NCBI GenBank assembly: GCA_951406725.2
Contig: OX597830.1
Location: forward strand, 36,394,001 to 36,458,000
Length of the DNA: 64,000 nucleotides
DNA from: Octopus vulgaris
Lineage: Eukaryota
Direction of reading: 5' to 3'
Part shown: positions 29,880-44,186 of the stretch, one piece after another
Position numbering within the stretch: the first letter of the stretch is position 1
Layout: every line of letters starts with the position of its first letter
Notes under the pieces: generated by a model
What the model saw: the letters and a program-made list of their open reading frames with translations, nothing else
Databases searched by the model: none
Told to the model about the DNA's origin: nothing
Translations under genes and position numbers: made by a program

Positions 29880-31756
29880 AGACGACGGAAACGATGGCGA
29901 CAATGATGACGTCGACGACGACAACAACAACAACAACAACGGTGATGACAAACACATCAACAACTGCAGCAAAATCCTATGTAACAATAATTACAGCAAC
30001 AATAACAACAAGAAGAATTCCAGCAGCAGCAACACCAACAACAACTTTAACAACGACGGCGTACAAAACAAGTACAACATTCACAGAAAACCAACAACAA
30101 AACAACACAATTACCACTACTACCAACAACAACAATTAATCAACCACCGTCACCAACAACAATAGCAGCAGTGGTAGCGGCGGCAGTAGCAGTGGCAGCG
30201 GCAGCAGCAGCAGCAATGTGGTCATAATTATCGGAGTACTGTAACTAACTCATTACGTTGAAACATTAGCAAATCGGTTTGATTTAAACAAGAGTTACGG
30301 CTTAATCTGAAGCTAATGTTTTCAATAAGAAAGTAATATCGGAAATAGATAGAAATTGAACGTCAAGCCATGCAGAGAAATGGACAAAATGTCACCAAAC
30401 CTTTTGGCTTTAAATCTAATGATGCGATAGGGGATGGGTAGGAGATTAGGGGGGGTGTAGTTGGTAGTAGGAGAAATACGGTTGAGAGGGGAGGAGTGAG
30501 AGGGGGAGAAGGTACAGGTGATGTTGCTGCTGCTTGTATCGTGGTGGTCGTCGTGGCACAGGTTGTGGCGGCGGTGACGGTGGTGGCTGTGGTGTTGCTG
30601 GTGGTCGTTCTCGTTATCATCGTTATTGGAGTCGTCGTGGTGGTGGTGGTGGTGGTGGTTACGGGGGGGGCAGTGGTGGCGGCTGTGGGGACGGTGGCAG
30701 CGACGGTGACAGCGACGGTGGCAGCGACGGTGGAAGCGGAGGCGAGGTGGTGGAGACGGGAGAGGCGGCGGCGGTGGGGTGGTGGTGGTGGTGGAAGTGG
30801 TGGTGGTGGTCACCGTCGTCTGCTGGAAGAAGTGTATGCGAGGGGGGGGGGAAGGAGATAGAAGTGGTGTATGTAAAAAGATAAAGAAGGTGGCTAGTTG
30901 GCTGGTTGGCTGGCTGGCCGGTTGGTTGGTTGGCATTAAATATTCGTGCAGAGAAAGAGAGAGAGAGAGATTGGTTGAGAGGGAGATGGCGTGAATTTAC
31001 CAAAGTATGTAAGAGACACACACACACACACACGCAGAATGGGGGTGAAGTAGAGGAAGAAAAAGAGGCAATAAAGAAAGAAGCGAGAAACATTATAAGG
31101 GCCTGAGAAGAAGTAACACAGTGGAAAAGAGAAGAAGAACCAGAAAAAGACATAAAGGGAGAACAATCAAAGTGAAAAGAGTGTGGAATAAAAGCATTGA
31201 TGCTACGAAGTAATGTCTGACTTTTATCATCCATGAAGTCCCTTACATCAAAAACAAAGACAGGTGTAGCCCAACTAACCTTGTGGTGTCTGTTTTGTTC
31301 TACCACGTGGTGTTTCTTTCATATGGAGATGTCAAATCCATCATGTGACATTTTTTTAGTTTGCTGCAATTCACCAATGGTTGTTCTGTCGTTTTTAATT
31401 CCAAGTGCCAGCCACGTACGAGGGTGCTGAGGATTGAGCAGACGAGCTGCCAGCATCCCCATGTTCGTTATCCGATTTGCGCATATTACCATCGTTGCGC
31501 GCTTCACACAACTCCCTAAGTTTCGCGTTCATTTGATAGCAACGTTCATGCTCTCCCTTCTTCATATTGCTCCCGTCGACATAGAATCAACTTGATAACT
31601 AAGAGGGATTTGTTAAACTGAACCACACATGTGTGTATGTGTGTGTGTGAATGTGTCGATCTCACGGAGATATGGAACTTTCAATAAGTTATCGCTACCA
31701 TAACCTCTGGTTGACCAATACATTGTGTATGGAATTTGGGGAACGGAAACACGTCT

Positions 31757-31816
<60 letters not shown>

Positions 31817-33260
31817 CATACATTCACACACATACATAGATACATACATACATTTATACATACATAAATATACATATATACAAATATACATATATTTCTC
31901 TCTCCCTCTCTATCTCTCTGTATAGATATATATACACACACACATACACAACACACACGCGCGCGCGCACACACACACACGCACAACACACACACACGCA
32001 CAACACACACACACACGCACACACACACGCACACACACAAACACACACACGCACATGGGATTGGTCAAGTGATGTAAATGCTGATAAGATCCCAATAAGG
32101 GTCAAAAATCGATAAAACTTGTTCATCATATACCATACATACATGCATGCATACATATGTACATACGCGCATGCATGCATGCATGCATACATATACACAT
32201 ACTCATACATAAAAGAGATTGTTATAAGAGTCTGCATTATTAAATGTTTCTCCGCAGTAAAACAACATCTGATCGATTAGGCGCTTTAATACTGAGTGAT
32301 GAGACGACCATTGCTTCCCGATAAGAGTGATTGCCATTGCATGATATACAAGACGCGCTTTCATTAACCAGGGTATGCTTGGCGGAGGCCTTCCTGGGGC
32401 TAAACAACAGCAACAACAATAAGCCATCAGTAGGCAGAGCCAAGTCAGTAAATGATTAGTCACAGGGACATATCGTACGGTAAAAGTTTATTTTGCGATG
32501 AAGTCGAGAGGTGAGAGGAAGGAGGAGGAGAGAGTGAAGTGGGGAGGGTTGTCCGTGTGGAGACTTAAATGCGAAAAGAGCGTGATATGTGAGTAGCAGT
32601 AGTGGTGGTGGTGGTGGTGGTAGTAGTAGTAGCATTAGTAGTAGTAGTATTAGTAGTAGTTGTTGTTGTTATTGTTGTTCTTGTAACAGAGGTGGTGGTG
32701 TTGGTAGTGATGGTGGTGTTGGTAGTGATGGTGATGGTGGGGCAGTGGTTGCCGTAGTATGGTGCAGTGGTGATGGAGCTGATCTAGGTGGTGTTAGTGG
32801 TGGTGGTGGTCGTCGTCGTCGTCGTGGTAGTCATGGTGGTAGTGGTGGTGGTCGTAGTGGTATGGTGGTGGTGGTGGTGGTGGTCGTCGTCGTCGTCGTA
32901 GTTGTAGTGGTGGTGGTAGTTGTGGCGGTGGTCATAGCCATCGTTGTGGCAGTGTTGATGGTGGAGATCGGGGTGGTGGTAGTGGTGGTGATAGTAGCCT
33001 TGGTCGTGGTCGTGGTCATGGTGATCGTCGTAGTGGTGGTGGTGGTGGTGGTGGTGGTGGTGGTGGTGGTCGTCGTCGTCGTCGTGACGGTGGTCAACGT
33101 ATCCTCATCGTCGTCGTCGTGGAGGCGGTGGTGACGTCGGTGATAGTAGTGGTGGTGGTGCTGATAATGGCGATAACGGGGCGGTAGCAGCGAATGTCAG
33201 TGATGTCAGTGACGGCGGCGGCGGCGGCGGTGGCGGCAGCGGAACCACGGTGTCGTCAGG
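29880..33260. repeat. Low-complexity region of (CAA)n, (GGT)n, (AGT)n, (GTC)n and (CA)n tracts with short unique islands
   Basis: Direct reading. Confidence 0.85.
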
Positions 33261-33573
33261 GAATAAATGTGTTACCGACCAGCTCCCTTCCATCCCACCA
33301 CACACACACACACACACACACATACACACACAAATAACTACATGCACACACATCCACACACAGGCTAAACCCTGACTCTACAAGCCATCCCTCCCTCCGT
33401 CCGCCATCTTTACGAAAGGTAATTGTTAATCACAAATTCATTATTTGGCCCAACCAAGCACAAACTTGTTTCGCTACACGGAGTTAATTGATTGCAACAA
33501 AGACTACCAAAGAAATATAAAGACAAGGTGTGAGACTGCGTGCGTGTGTATATGTATATATACATACATGCAC

Positions 33574-33617
<44 letters not shown>

Positions 33618-33803
33618 CGCATGAATGTATATATGCATGTATGTGTGTGTCTATATATAAATATATGTATATACACATATACATATACGCATATATACAT
33701 ACACATATATATATACATATATATATGTACATATATATATGTATATATGTATATATACTTACATATATATATATATACATATATATATATATCTTTATCT
33801 ATA

Positions 33804-33847
<44 letters not shown>

Positions 33848-33863
33848 TACATATATACATCAC

Positions 33864-33913
<50 letters not shown>

Positions 33914-34139
33914 TAAGCATGCACATTTTCTGGGGTTTTTTGTGGGTTCCCGAAAGAGAGAAAAAGTATTCAATACCTTGAGTAGAGTATCGTTTTCTTA
34001 CGCTATGTTTGTCTTCTGTATCGTTACACGGTACTACGCGTTAGATACGTCGCATCATGCTATAAAAACAGTTTCTGTAAAGATGCAGTGGAATTGGATC
34101 ACTGATCAGGCTGCAGAAGTATGAAATTACTTTTCCACG

Positions 34140-34185
<46 letters not shown>

Positions 34186-34362
34186 GCACGCACGCACGCA
34201 CACGCACGCACATACATACACACACACACACACATACAAACACATACACATGTGTTTAAGGAGAAAAATTGAATTCTACGGAATAAAGGATATAGGGAAT
34301 TAGGTTTTGAGGTTGAAAATACACCTGACTCTTAAAATCTTTATGAAAAATGTATTAAAATA

Positions 34363-34404
34363 ACATACCGGTTTCAGTAAGTTTCTTGTTTTCTTTTTCT
34401 GTGT
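34363..34404 (-). ncRNA. Weak decayed hammerhead
   Basis: ACA-CAGAAAA(two changes from CUGAAGA)-AG...CU-GAAAC-CG-GUA-UGU. Confidence 0.35.
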
Positions 34405-35013
34405 AAATAAAATATGTTTAAGGGAGATTGAAGATATGTATACGCGTGTGTGTGTGTGTATGTATGTATGTATGTATGTATGTATGTATGTATGTATGTA
34501 TGTATGTATGTATGTAGCTGAAGATAACCGTCTGTATGAGGATGCGTCTCAGCTGCTTCGGTCTCATTCTACAATGAAGTCGATGATACATATGTCATTT
34601 ACGATTCTTCTCCTAACCTTACTTCAATGTTCTTGCCTCTATCGCTTTCCCTGTTTGCTTGATAGTACTTCTTATTTGTTTACTTAATGATTTCATTATT
34701 TTATTGTCTGTTGTTTACCACTTTGCGCATAATTTTCATTACCATGAGCATATGTGGCCAGGCCACAACTAGAATATTACATTTATTGCTGCAATGCCAA
34801 AAAATGCGCTGCCAGCTCATTTAAAAGTACTGTGACCCTTTTTTTACTAGAAGGATGGAAGATTCTTCATCAATGGGACGTAAGCACTGCAATACCGATG
34901 GAAGAAGTATGCGAAGAAGTATGCGAAGCGCAAGTGGAGACCGCTATGTTAAAAAATAAGCCTCAGATGATCACATTGCTTGAGAGTATCTTGGTCAGCC
35001 TATAGATTTTTCA

Positions 35014-35376
35014 GCAGGAGTGGCTGTGTGGTAAGTAGCTTACTTACCAGCCATACGGTTCTGGGTTCAGTCCCACTGCGTGGCACCTTGGCCAAGTGTC
35101 TTCTACTATAGCCTCGGGTCACCCAAAGCCTTGTGAGTGGATTTGGTAGACGGAAACTGAAAGAAGCCCGACGTATATATATATATATATTTGTGTGTGT
35201 GCTTGTGTGTTTGTGTTTGTCCTCCCAACATCGCTTGACAACCGATGTTGGTGTGTTTACGTCCCCGTAACTTAGCAATACGGCAAAAGAGAATAAGTCC
35301 TGGGGTCGATTTCCTCGACTAAAGGAGGTGCTCCAGCATAGCCACCGTCAAATGACTGAAACAAGTAAAAAAAAAA
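35014..35376 (+). mobile_element. SINE family A
   Basis: Matches 2716-3140 with a small deletion. Confidence 0.9.
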
Positions 35377-35516
35377 GAGAGAGAGACCATATTGTGTATT
35401 AAAGCATAGGAATATTAATGTTTGCTACGTTTCTCACTACACACACACACACATATATCACACGCGCACACACACACACACAAACACAAGCACACGCATA
35501 AATATGAGCCCACGTG

Positions 35517-35650
35517 TGTGTGTGTGAGTGTGAAAGAGTGGAGTGTGTGTGTGAGTGTGAAAGAGTGGAGTGTGTGTGTGAGTGTGAAAGAGTGGAGTGT
35601 GTGTGTGAGTGTGAAAGAGTGGAGTGTGTGTGTGAGTGTGAAAGAGTGGA
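35517..35650. repeat. 27-bp minisatellite x5 (GAGTGTGAAAGAGTGGAGTGTGTGTGT)
   Basis: Direct reading. Confidence 0.95.
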
Positions 35651-35757
35651 AGAATGAGGAATAGACTAAACTAACTTTTATGAATAACAAATAGTCTTTT
35701 AGAAAACCCTCTGCTAAATACTGAAATCATAACATTTGATAATCCAGTGAGATAATC

Positions 35758-36013
35758 TATTGGGTTGGTGCATAATTATTACGGCTTTTTTTTCAACAAA
35801 TTTTATTCAACAAAAACAATAACAATATTTAACAAAAGCATCTTTAAATGACGGTCTGACCATCTGCCAAGCAAATGGGAAGCAGTAATTGAAGTAGATG
35901 ATGACTATGCTCCGGAATAATCATTTAAAGATGTTTTTGTTACTTGTTGTTATTGTTTTTGTTGAATAAAAATTTGTTGAAAAAAGGCCACAATAGTTAT
36001 GCACCAATCAAAT
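35758..36013 (+). mobile_element. Mariner-derived MITE with ~90-bp inverted arms
   Basis: TATTGGGTTGGTGCATAATTATT...AATAGTTATGCACCAATCAAAT; the interior encodes the mariner C-terminus DHLPSKWEAVIEVDDDYAPE*. Confidence 0.85.
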
Positions 36014-36182
36014 GGTTTATCGCATTGTAGATTGTCGTGAAGATTGCATAATCACGAGGAAAAAAAACGTAGTGTTAAATAAACAATGGATCGATACAAA
36101 GAAAGGAATCAGAATCTTAAGATAAACTATTAGAAGAATAAACTAAGATGCAGAATAGATATTTTACGTGACAAAGGTGAAA

Positions 36183-36312
36183 GTACATTGTTTACATTAT
36201 TTAAATTATTTACATTCGACGGATATTTGTCCTCATCTTGTTTGTTGTTAACACAACGTTTCGGCTGATATACCCTCCAGACTTCTCCAGGTGCCCACTT
36301 CGCCATACGCCC
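36183..36312 (-). mobile_element. Inverted, internally deleted copy of the adjacent HHR-bearing SINE
   Basis: 36183-36293 is the reverse complement of ~36567-36668 (HHR at 36251-36293, core CUGGAGA); 36295-36312 is the reverse complement of the head 36315-36332. Confidence 0.85.
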
Positions 36313-36314
36313 AC

Positions 36315-36698
<384 letters not shown>

Positions 36699-36787
36699 AA
36701 AGATGAAAGTAGATAATTTTTTTAGAGAAAGTCCTCTTGTATAAACAATGACAAAATACGGTTGCAATTACTCTTGAGACAAAAAGA

Positions 36788-36916
36788 TATTTCTGCTTTG
36801 GAACTAGATCTTGAAGCACACATAAAGCTATAAATATTGGGTTGTAAAACCTTTTTGGATAGAAAAAGTCGAAGGCTGCTTGGTCAGCTTCGAGATCCAA
36901 TTCCAAAAAAGAATTA
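36788..36916. mobile_element. Small MITE family (related ends at 49485-49877 and ~20095)
   Basis: TTCTGCTTTGGAACTAGATCTTGAAGC...GCTTCGAGATCCAATTCCAAAAAAGAA imperfect TIR pair; the copy at 49485-49877 is split by a family C SINE. Confidence 0.6.
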
Positions 36917-37795
36917 TTTTACGCTCTCTCAAAAGTTTATAAATTCGTTTGACTTCGAAAAAATATTTGCTTTAATAGTTTTAAAAAAAAAAGCTTCTGT
37001 GTGTGTGTGTACGTGGAGTGTGTATGTGTCTCACTCTCTCTTTCTCTCTCTCTCCTTCTCTGTCTCTCTCAGAACTACATTTTTTTTAAAAATGTGATAA
37101 GTGTATTAGACAATACGTGGTAACAATACTAACGCAGACGAGATACCCACAAAAGAAAAATTAAAAACATTGTACAGAACCATTTTTTTGAAACGAAAGT
37201 AATTATACTATAAATAATAGCAAGTTAGAAGAATATATAACAACGATATAAATTGAAAAACCATTTTCTCAAAAGTATTACAATCTCTAATTTGAGATTT
37301 GCATTAAATAGCTTCGGAAACAAGATAATCCTGTTATTGACAACATTTAAATCTTTTGATGGTTGTCATTTGACATACGACTCTGCCAAGCAATTCTCAC
37401 CATCTGTACCCACCCGCACCCAACTAAACAACCCGGACTAAGTACCGACGTGGTTCGTTATTAGGAGGGAAACAATTATCCACAAGAAAAGATCAATTTA
37501 TGACACATCTCTCTTTCTCTCCCTCTCTCTCCCCTTCTCTCTCCCCCTTCTCTCTCTCTCCCCTTCTCTCTCTCTTCCTCACTCTCTCTCTATCTCTCCT
37601 ACACACATACTTATCACTTGTCTGTCAGTAATTTATAAACTGCTTTCCAAAGACGTGTTCAGCGGGATCTTTTATTTTTATCATGTATTAAAGAGGAAAA
37701 GTAGTGCCTATGACCCATTACAGGTTCTCTGAGACGAGTGGAAAGGAGAGAGGCGGAGAGGGAGGAAGCTTTCTTCAAACCAGAAATCTGACGTG

Positions 37796-38850
37796 GAGGC
37801 GCGTGGCTTGGCGGTTAGATGATCTTAAGACTGTGGTTTCAATTCCTGGACCGGGTGACACTTTGAGTTCTTAAGCAGGGTAAAAAAAAAGGGTCTAAAA
37901 CACCTTTCTGTCACAAATAGCCATAGGATTGCACCTGGAAAGCTCCTCTCCAAGGCACAAGTCCGGGTAAGATTGTTTGTAGAAGACTAGCAGTCGCCCG
38001 TGATTTGTGGACCGGGTGACGCGTGTTCTTCAGCAGGGTAACAAATGACCATTGGAATGCCCCTAGAAAGTTCCCCACAAATAACGAGTAAGGTTGTTTG
38101 TGGAAGTCCAGTAGCTGTCCATGCATACCAGCCTGCCATCTCCTCATCACAAATGTTATCCAAGGGAAAGGCAAAGGCTGATACAGCTTAGCACCAATGA
38201 CATCACATCTCATTTCTACAGCGGAGTGACCTGGAGTAACGTGAAATAATGTATCTTGCTTAAGAACACAACACAGCCAGGACCAGAAATCGAACTCGCA
38301 ACCCACGATTGCAAACCCGATGCTCTAACCACTGAGCCATGCGCCTTCTTGAGCATAACACTGCATGTCACGATGTTCCAGTTCACTGGCAAAAATGAGT
38401 GACGGACTTTGACGGACCGGCGTCCAGTCCAGGCGGAGTATATACGCCACAGAAACCAGGAAGCCGGCCTTATGAATCTATAAGACTCAGGAAGGAGCAA
38501 TATCCTATCTAGAAACCTGGTCCAAATGCTACCAATAGAGTGGACCCCGAGAAAGGCACCCAAGTAGCGAGAGGGTTAGTGGCAAACCTGATGAAAGGTT
38601 GAGTGTTCCACCCAAGTAATCCAAAGTCGGATTTGAACCCGGAACGCAATGAGCCGGAACAAATACCGCAAGGCATCCAGTTCAACGTTCTTACAGTTCA
38701 AACAATCCATCATCTTGGGTTTGTACTGTTTTACTTAATTCCGAAAGGAGGAGAGACAAAGTTGACCTGGCGTGAATTCAACTGAGTGCAAAGAGCCGAA
38801 ACAGATACCGTGAAGTATTCTGTTCGACTCTGCAATGACTCTGCCAATTC
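37796..38850. mobile_element. Cluster of nested SINE B and C fragments on both strands
   Basis: Heads and cores match other copies; the largest is 37920-38349 (-). Confidence 0.75.
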
Positions 38851-38907
38851 GTGAACATTTACGAAAGTAATGGAATTCCTGTAAAGTGGAAGTGGGTGGG
38901 ATGGGGA

Positions 38908-39137
38908 CATATTCACATCGCACAGGACAAATGATGAGATCCTAGGCATATTCCCGTCGTACGGGACAAATGATCAGATCCAAGGCATATTCCCATCGTA
39001 CAGGACAAATGATCAGATCCAAGGCATATTCCCGTCGCACAGGACAAATGATCAGATCCGAGGAATATTCACGTCGTACAAGACAAATGATCAGATCCAA
39101 GGCATATTCACGTCGTACAGGACAAATGATCAGATCC
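38908..39137 (+). repeat. 39-bp minisatellite x6 within a possible LINE RT relic
   Basis: Unit CATATTC(C/A)CGTCGTACAGGACAAATGATCAGATCCAAGG; the plus frame reads (GIFPSYRTNDQIQ)n-HIIKKMAQ...VDEKAF. Confidence 0.9.
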
Positions 39138-39309
39138 ATATTATAAAGAAGATGGCCCAGGATGATGTGAAAGTATGAAAGAAATAAACCTTTCCTCGTG
39201 TCTCGGTCGATGAGAAGGCATTTCGGTCACATATTACTGGTTCATCAAAATGCTGGAAAGCACAACAATCTCGTGGCACCATTGTGAACTTCATTATCAT
39301 GCGCATGCG

Positions 39310-39710
39310 CAACTATGTGGTAAGAAGTTTGCTTACCAGCCGCATGTTTTTTAGTTCAGTCCGACTGCGTAGCCTCTTGGGCGAGTGACTTCTACTGTAG
39401 ACCCGGGCCGACCAAAGACTTGTAACTGGGTTTGATTGATAAATACTGAAAGAAGCTATCCGCCCCCTTGTGTGTATAGATGTGTATGTGCGTGTGTGTT
39501 ATTGTATTTGTGCCTGTCTCCTCACTGCATAACAACCGGTGTTAGTTTGTTAACGTCCCCGAAACTTAGCTGTTCTACAAAAGAGTCCAGTAGAAGAAAT
39601 GCCAGACTTTAAAAGAATTAATACTTTCGTAGATTTATTCGACTAAAACTCTTTCAAGAAGCGTCCCAACATGGCCGTAGTTCAAGGACAAAAGCCAGTA
39701 AAAAAAATAG
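39310..39710 (+). mobile_element. Old SINE family A
   Basis: Diverged but colinear with 2716-3140. Confidence 0.75.
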
Positions 39711-39799
39711 AGGACAAAAGGTACGTGTATGTATACATGTGTGGGTATCTGTGTGCGTATATGTGTGTCTATGAGTGTGCACGTGTCTGTGTGTGTTTG

Positions 39800-39835
<36 letters not shown>

Positions 39836-39841
39836 CATATA

Positions 39842-39921
<80 letters not shown>

Positions 39922-39956
39922 CTGTCTTCCCTTCTCGGGATCTTTCCTTCTCCTAT

Positions 39957-39991
39957 GTTTCCGACGAAGAGCTCGGCTCGAAACGTTAAAC
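39957..39991 (+). ncRNA. Minimal type-I hammerhead (CCGACGA core) in a ~180-bp (TA)n-flanked element (39919-40101)
   Basis: GUUU-CCGACGA-A-GAGC UCG GCUC-GAAAC-GUU-AAAC; stems I and II are perfect and stem III (ACGU) is loopless. Confidence 0.8.
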
Positions 39992-40098
39992 CCTCCTTCT
40001 TCCCTTCTTTCCTGAGCGTCCAATAATACTTTATTTGTTCCACGACCTCGCGTTGTTGTGTTTTTTTGTTGTTTTTTTTTTGTTTTCTTGTTTGGATT

Positions 40099-40162
<64 letters not shown>

Positions 40163-40771
40163 CATGTATACTAATTTTCATGAATATATATTTCATTAAT
40201 ATATATTTTTGTAAATACGTTTAATTTTCATTATTATATCATATATATTTATTTATTTATATACGTATATGTGTGTATATATATATATACATACATATAT
40301 ACATATATACTTATATCTATTTTTATTTCATTTTTTATGTTATTTCCATAAAGATTTTTGTATGCACATTTATTCATTATTTTTGTTTTGGGTGGGGGGT
40401 CATGTATTTATTTGTACTTTTATTTTTATATATATATATACAGACGACAAATTCATTAAATTGGATAATACACGAAAAATATAAATAAATATACATATAT
40501 GTGTGTGTGGAAAAGAAAGGGTAAGAAACAGAAGGAGAGACAAACAGGGACAATGCGAGTGAGAGTAAGAGAACGTTTTTTAATAAACTACATAAGATAT
40601 ATCTTCCTATATATGTGTGTATATATATAAATATATATATATATATATACGTATATATATATATATACATACATATATAGATACATACATATGTATATAC
40701 ATATACACACATATCGATACATATATATATATATATTGATATATGCGTGTAAGTATCTATGTATATTCATA

Positions 40772-40811
<40 letters not shown>

Positions 40812-40951
40812 TATATATGATATATATGCATAAATATATATATGTGTGTGTATACACACACACACATATATATATATACATATATATATATACACATGTA
40901 TATATATATATACATATGTATATATGTATATATATATACATATATATATAT

Positions 40952-41015
<64 letters not shown>

Positions 41016-41032
41016 CACACATATATATATAC

Positions 41033-41178
<146 letters not shown>

Positions 41179-41309
41179 TTAGAATAACATGTCTTGCCCT
41201 CTATGGAGTCTTGAGAATAATGGGTCAATTTTATTAACTACAATTGCTATTCTATTTTCGGTTTATTCCAATTCCGTGACCTTCCCGTGTTCAGTGAAGT
41301 TAATGATAA

Positions 41310-41347
41310 CGCCCCGGTTTCCTCTCCGGGCAAAGGTTCATCGGGCG
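41310..41347 (-). ncRNA. Decayed hammerhead (CCGAUGA core)
   Basis: CGC-CCGAUGA-AC CUUU..AGAG-GAAAC-CG-GG-GCG; the cleavage triplet is damaged. Next to a long (TA)n. Confidence 0.45.
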
Positions 41348-41613
41348 GAAGGATTAAATGGAATTATGGGAAACTGAGAAATAAGCAAATAATAAACAGC
41401 ACTGTGTTGATTTGTGTTGTATGTGTGTGAGTGTATGTGTGCGTGTGTGCGAGTGCGTGTGTGAGTGTGTATGTGCGTGTGTGTGTGTGTGTGCGCGCAC
41501 TCATGTATATATGTGGGTGTGCGTGTATTGTGTGAGTAAGTATATGTTTGTGTGTATGTCTGTGTACCAGTCTCCAAGTGTGTATAAGGATTGTTCATCT
41601 AATTTTCATACAC

Positions 41614-41672
<59 letters not shown>

Positions 41673-41794
41673 TGTATGTATGTATGTATGTATGTATGTA
41701 TGTATATATATGCGTGTGTGTTTGCGTGTATACATATATATGCGTGCATTTTGTTTCATACACATACAAAAAATAAAGACAAACAGATAGACAA

Positions 41795-42003
41795 TCTTTT
41801 CTACTATAGACGAAAGGCCTGAAAATTTAAGGGAAGGAGTCTCGTCTATCAATCGACCCCAGTACCCGACTCATATTTATTTTATCAACCCCGAAGGGAT
41901 GAAAGGCAAAGTCAACCTCGACGGAATTTGAACTCAGAATGTAAAGAGTTAGAAGAAATGCCACTTAACATTTTGTCCGTCGCGCTAACGATTCTGCCAG
42001 CTC
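41795..42003 (-). mobile_element. SINE family C
   Basis: Reverse complement of the GAGCTGGCAGAATCGTTAGC...GACTTTGCCTTTCATCC core. Confidence 0.85.
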
Positions 42004-42041
42004 TTTGCCTTGTATACAGTGTGACCGTGCAGTCAAATCTT

Positions 42042-42266
42042 TTAACTTTTTATCATTTAAACCGGCCATAATTGGCCCAAATAGTCCGTGTTTTATGGTA
42101 AAACTGACCCGATCCAACCTCTCACACCTATCCTACAATGTCGTTCTAAAAATATACAATCACAACATCGAAATCTTGAAGCTACAAGATAATGCACGAT
42201 TAACTCAAAGCAATATAAATAAATAAGTAATACATTTTACAAAAAACCTGATTGCTAAAGGTTTAA
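42042..42266. mobile_element. TTAA-flanked MITE (piggyBac-like)
   Basis: TTAACTTTTTATCA...TGCTAAAGGTTTAA imperfect TIRs. Confidence 0.6.
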
Positions 42267-42663
42267 ACGTGTCACCCGCTTCTCTTCCCGGGTACATCGT
42301 TTCACTGTTGACTTTCCTGTTAGTCGTTTCTGTTTTTATTCTAATAGCTTCTCTCTGGGACTCATAGCCATCGCCTTGTTTTCGTATGGTCTCTTATATT
42401 CAATAAACTTTTTTTTAATTTTTCTAGACCTGTTCTTCTGCTTTGTAGTCCATTACGCTATAGTGGCCTCAAGCCTTGATTGGGACTAAAAGAAGAGAAG
42501 AAAAATTCTCTGCATGTTATTTAACTGAAATAAACTGTCCCCACAAGCTTCTGTCCTCGTAACTCATTTCGAAGATAATTCGTCGGTCATTTAACAACAT
42601 CAGCCCAGGTTATTCTACTAATGACCAGTATAATCATATATCACTCGGGAAAATAAAAAAAGT

Positions 42664-42699
42664 CTTTTACGTTTCGAGCTTACGCGCTTCAGCAGAAAG
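42664..42699 (-). ncRNA. Minimal hammerhead, A6C mutated
   Basis: CUUU-CUGCUGA-A-GCGC GUAA GCUC-GAAAC-GUA-AAAG. Confidence 0.65.
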
Positions 42700-43000
42700 G
42701 AATAAGAGAAAATAAACAGAGAAAATAATTTTTTGTTGCTAATTCTCGTCAAAATATCACATCAAGTTGTGATAGAATTACACACCTGGTCGACAGAATT
42801 TGTTAGATCATAAATGAATAGGAATATGCATAAAATATATTATGTTAGGTTGTCAGAGGAATTCGTTCGTTTTCTTCACCTTGTTAATCCATCGTCATAT
42901 CTACAAAAAAGGAAACTTTTTCTAATTTCGAAAATGGTAAACGGAAGTTGTAGAGTAAGAACAGAGCAACAGAATAGCATAAACACTACGAGAAAACCTG

Positions 43001-43089
<89 letters not shown>

Positions 43090-43149
43090 TGTGTGTGTTA
43101 ATTCAGGTAACCGATAAGATTACAATAGAATAGAAAGAAAAAAAAAATG

Positions 43150-43720
43150 ACCGAATTTATCTTACAAGATGAGTCTGAGATACACATTGACAAATATAGT
43201 GATTGAGTAATCGAATGAGAAACTTATGATGAAAGCAATGAAATATTGTTAAACCTGAAGATAGGCAACTTTGCCAGAAGGTTTTCGTTCTTTAGATACA
43301 GTCACAGGCTTTGCGGGTGTCAATGGCAAAACATCGATTTTGCTGAAGCTCTAAACCGGAGGAAACTAATATTGTTCATGATGAAGAAAAGAATTTCTCT
43401 CTCAAATATGGCTGTACGGAAGTAGTCCTGCTGATCAGATGGGGAGAGAAAGAAATTCAGGTGATAAAGACGACAGGTGTCTTTTTTTTTTTTCCATCTA
43501 TCACTTTTGAAATGGTAGGAAAAAAAGTGATGGTAAGTTGATAGTTGTCAGAGTCAGAAATATTCCTCTTTAGAGGAATAAAACTTTTGTAAAGTGTTTT
43601 CACCAGATATATATACACTCATAGAGAAGAATACTGGCGATTCGGGTACACACTGTTAATGATGCGCAGTAGGGACTCTCTCGGAATCAGTTGACTTTTA
43701 GGAATGGTGTGCTTAAATAT
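43150..43720 (-). mobile_element. CR1/L2/Daphne-group LINE RT relic
   Basis: IPLKRNISDSDNYQLTITFFPTISKVIDG...AIDTRKACDCI..LAKLPIFRF corresponds to the NYRPI and KAFD motifs; heavily decayed. Confidence 0.6.
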
Positions 43721-44186
43721 ATTTCTACTCATGGCGAATTATGTACACGTGGAGATGAGATGAGAGCGAGTCAAAATTAAGACTGTGTGGCTTTGAATAT
43801 ATGCTTGCTCGTAAATCAGGAGAATGTATGGTCCTCCGTGGGTTTCGGCGATGAAGGAATTTGGTTCATTTCATCAACTGAATTACGCTGCTCAATGAAT
43901 TAACGTGTAAATTGCAGAACACTCTACAGCCATGCGTGTACCCTTAGCGTAATTCTCAAGCAGAATCAGCGTAACACAGCGTGTGACAAGGTTGTTCATT
44001 TGGATTACAGATGCAAATAGATGCGACGGGATTTCGCTCAGTTTCCGCCTACGAAATTTCACTCACAAGGTATGGGATTACTCGATGCAAGGATATTTCG
44101 CCAAATAACATAATCATTCGATTATGCTACGTCCCATGGAAATCATATACGATATATCTAATACACATAATATTTAGTTAGCAGAA

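Noticed and set aside
34690-34990. LINE RT C-terminus (ARPQLEYY)
   Set aside because: A single short motif with no supporting neighbours.
38908-39137. CRISPR-like array
   Set aside because: The units are contiguous with no unique spacers, there are no cas genes, and the context is eukaryotic.
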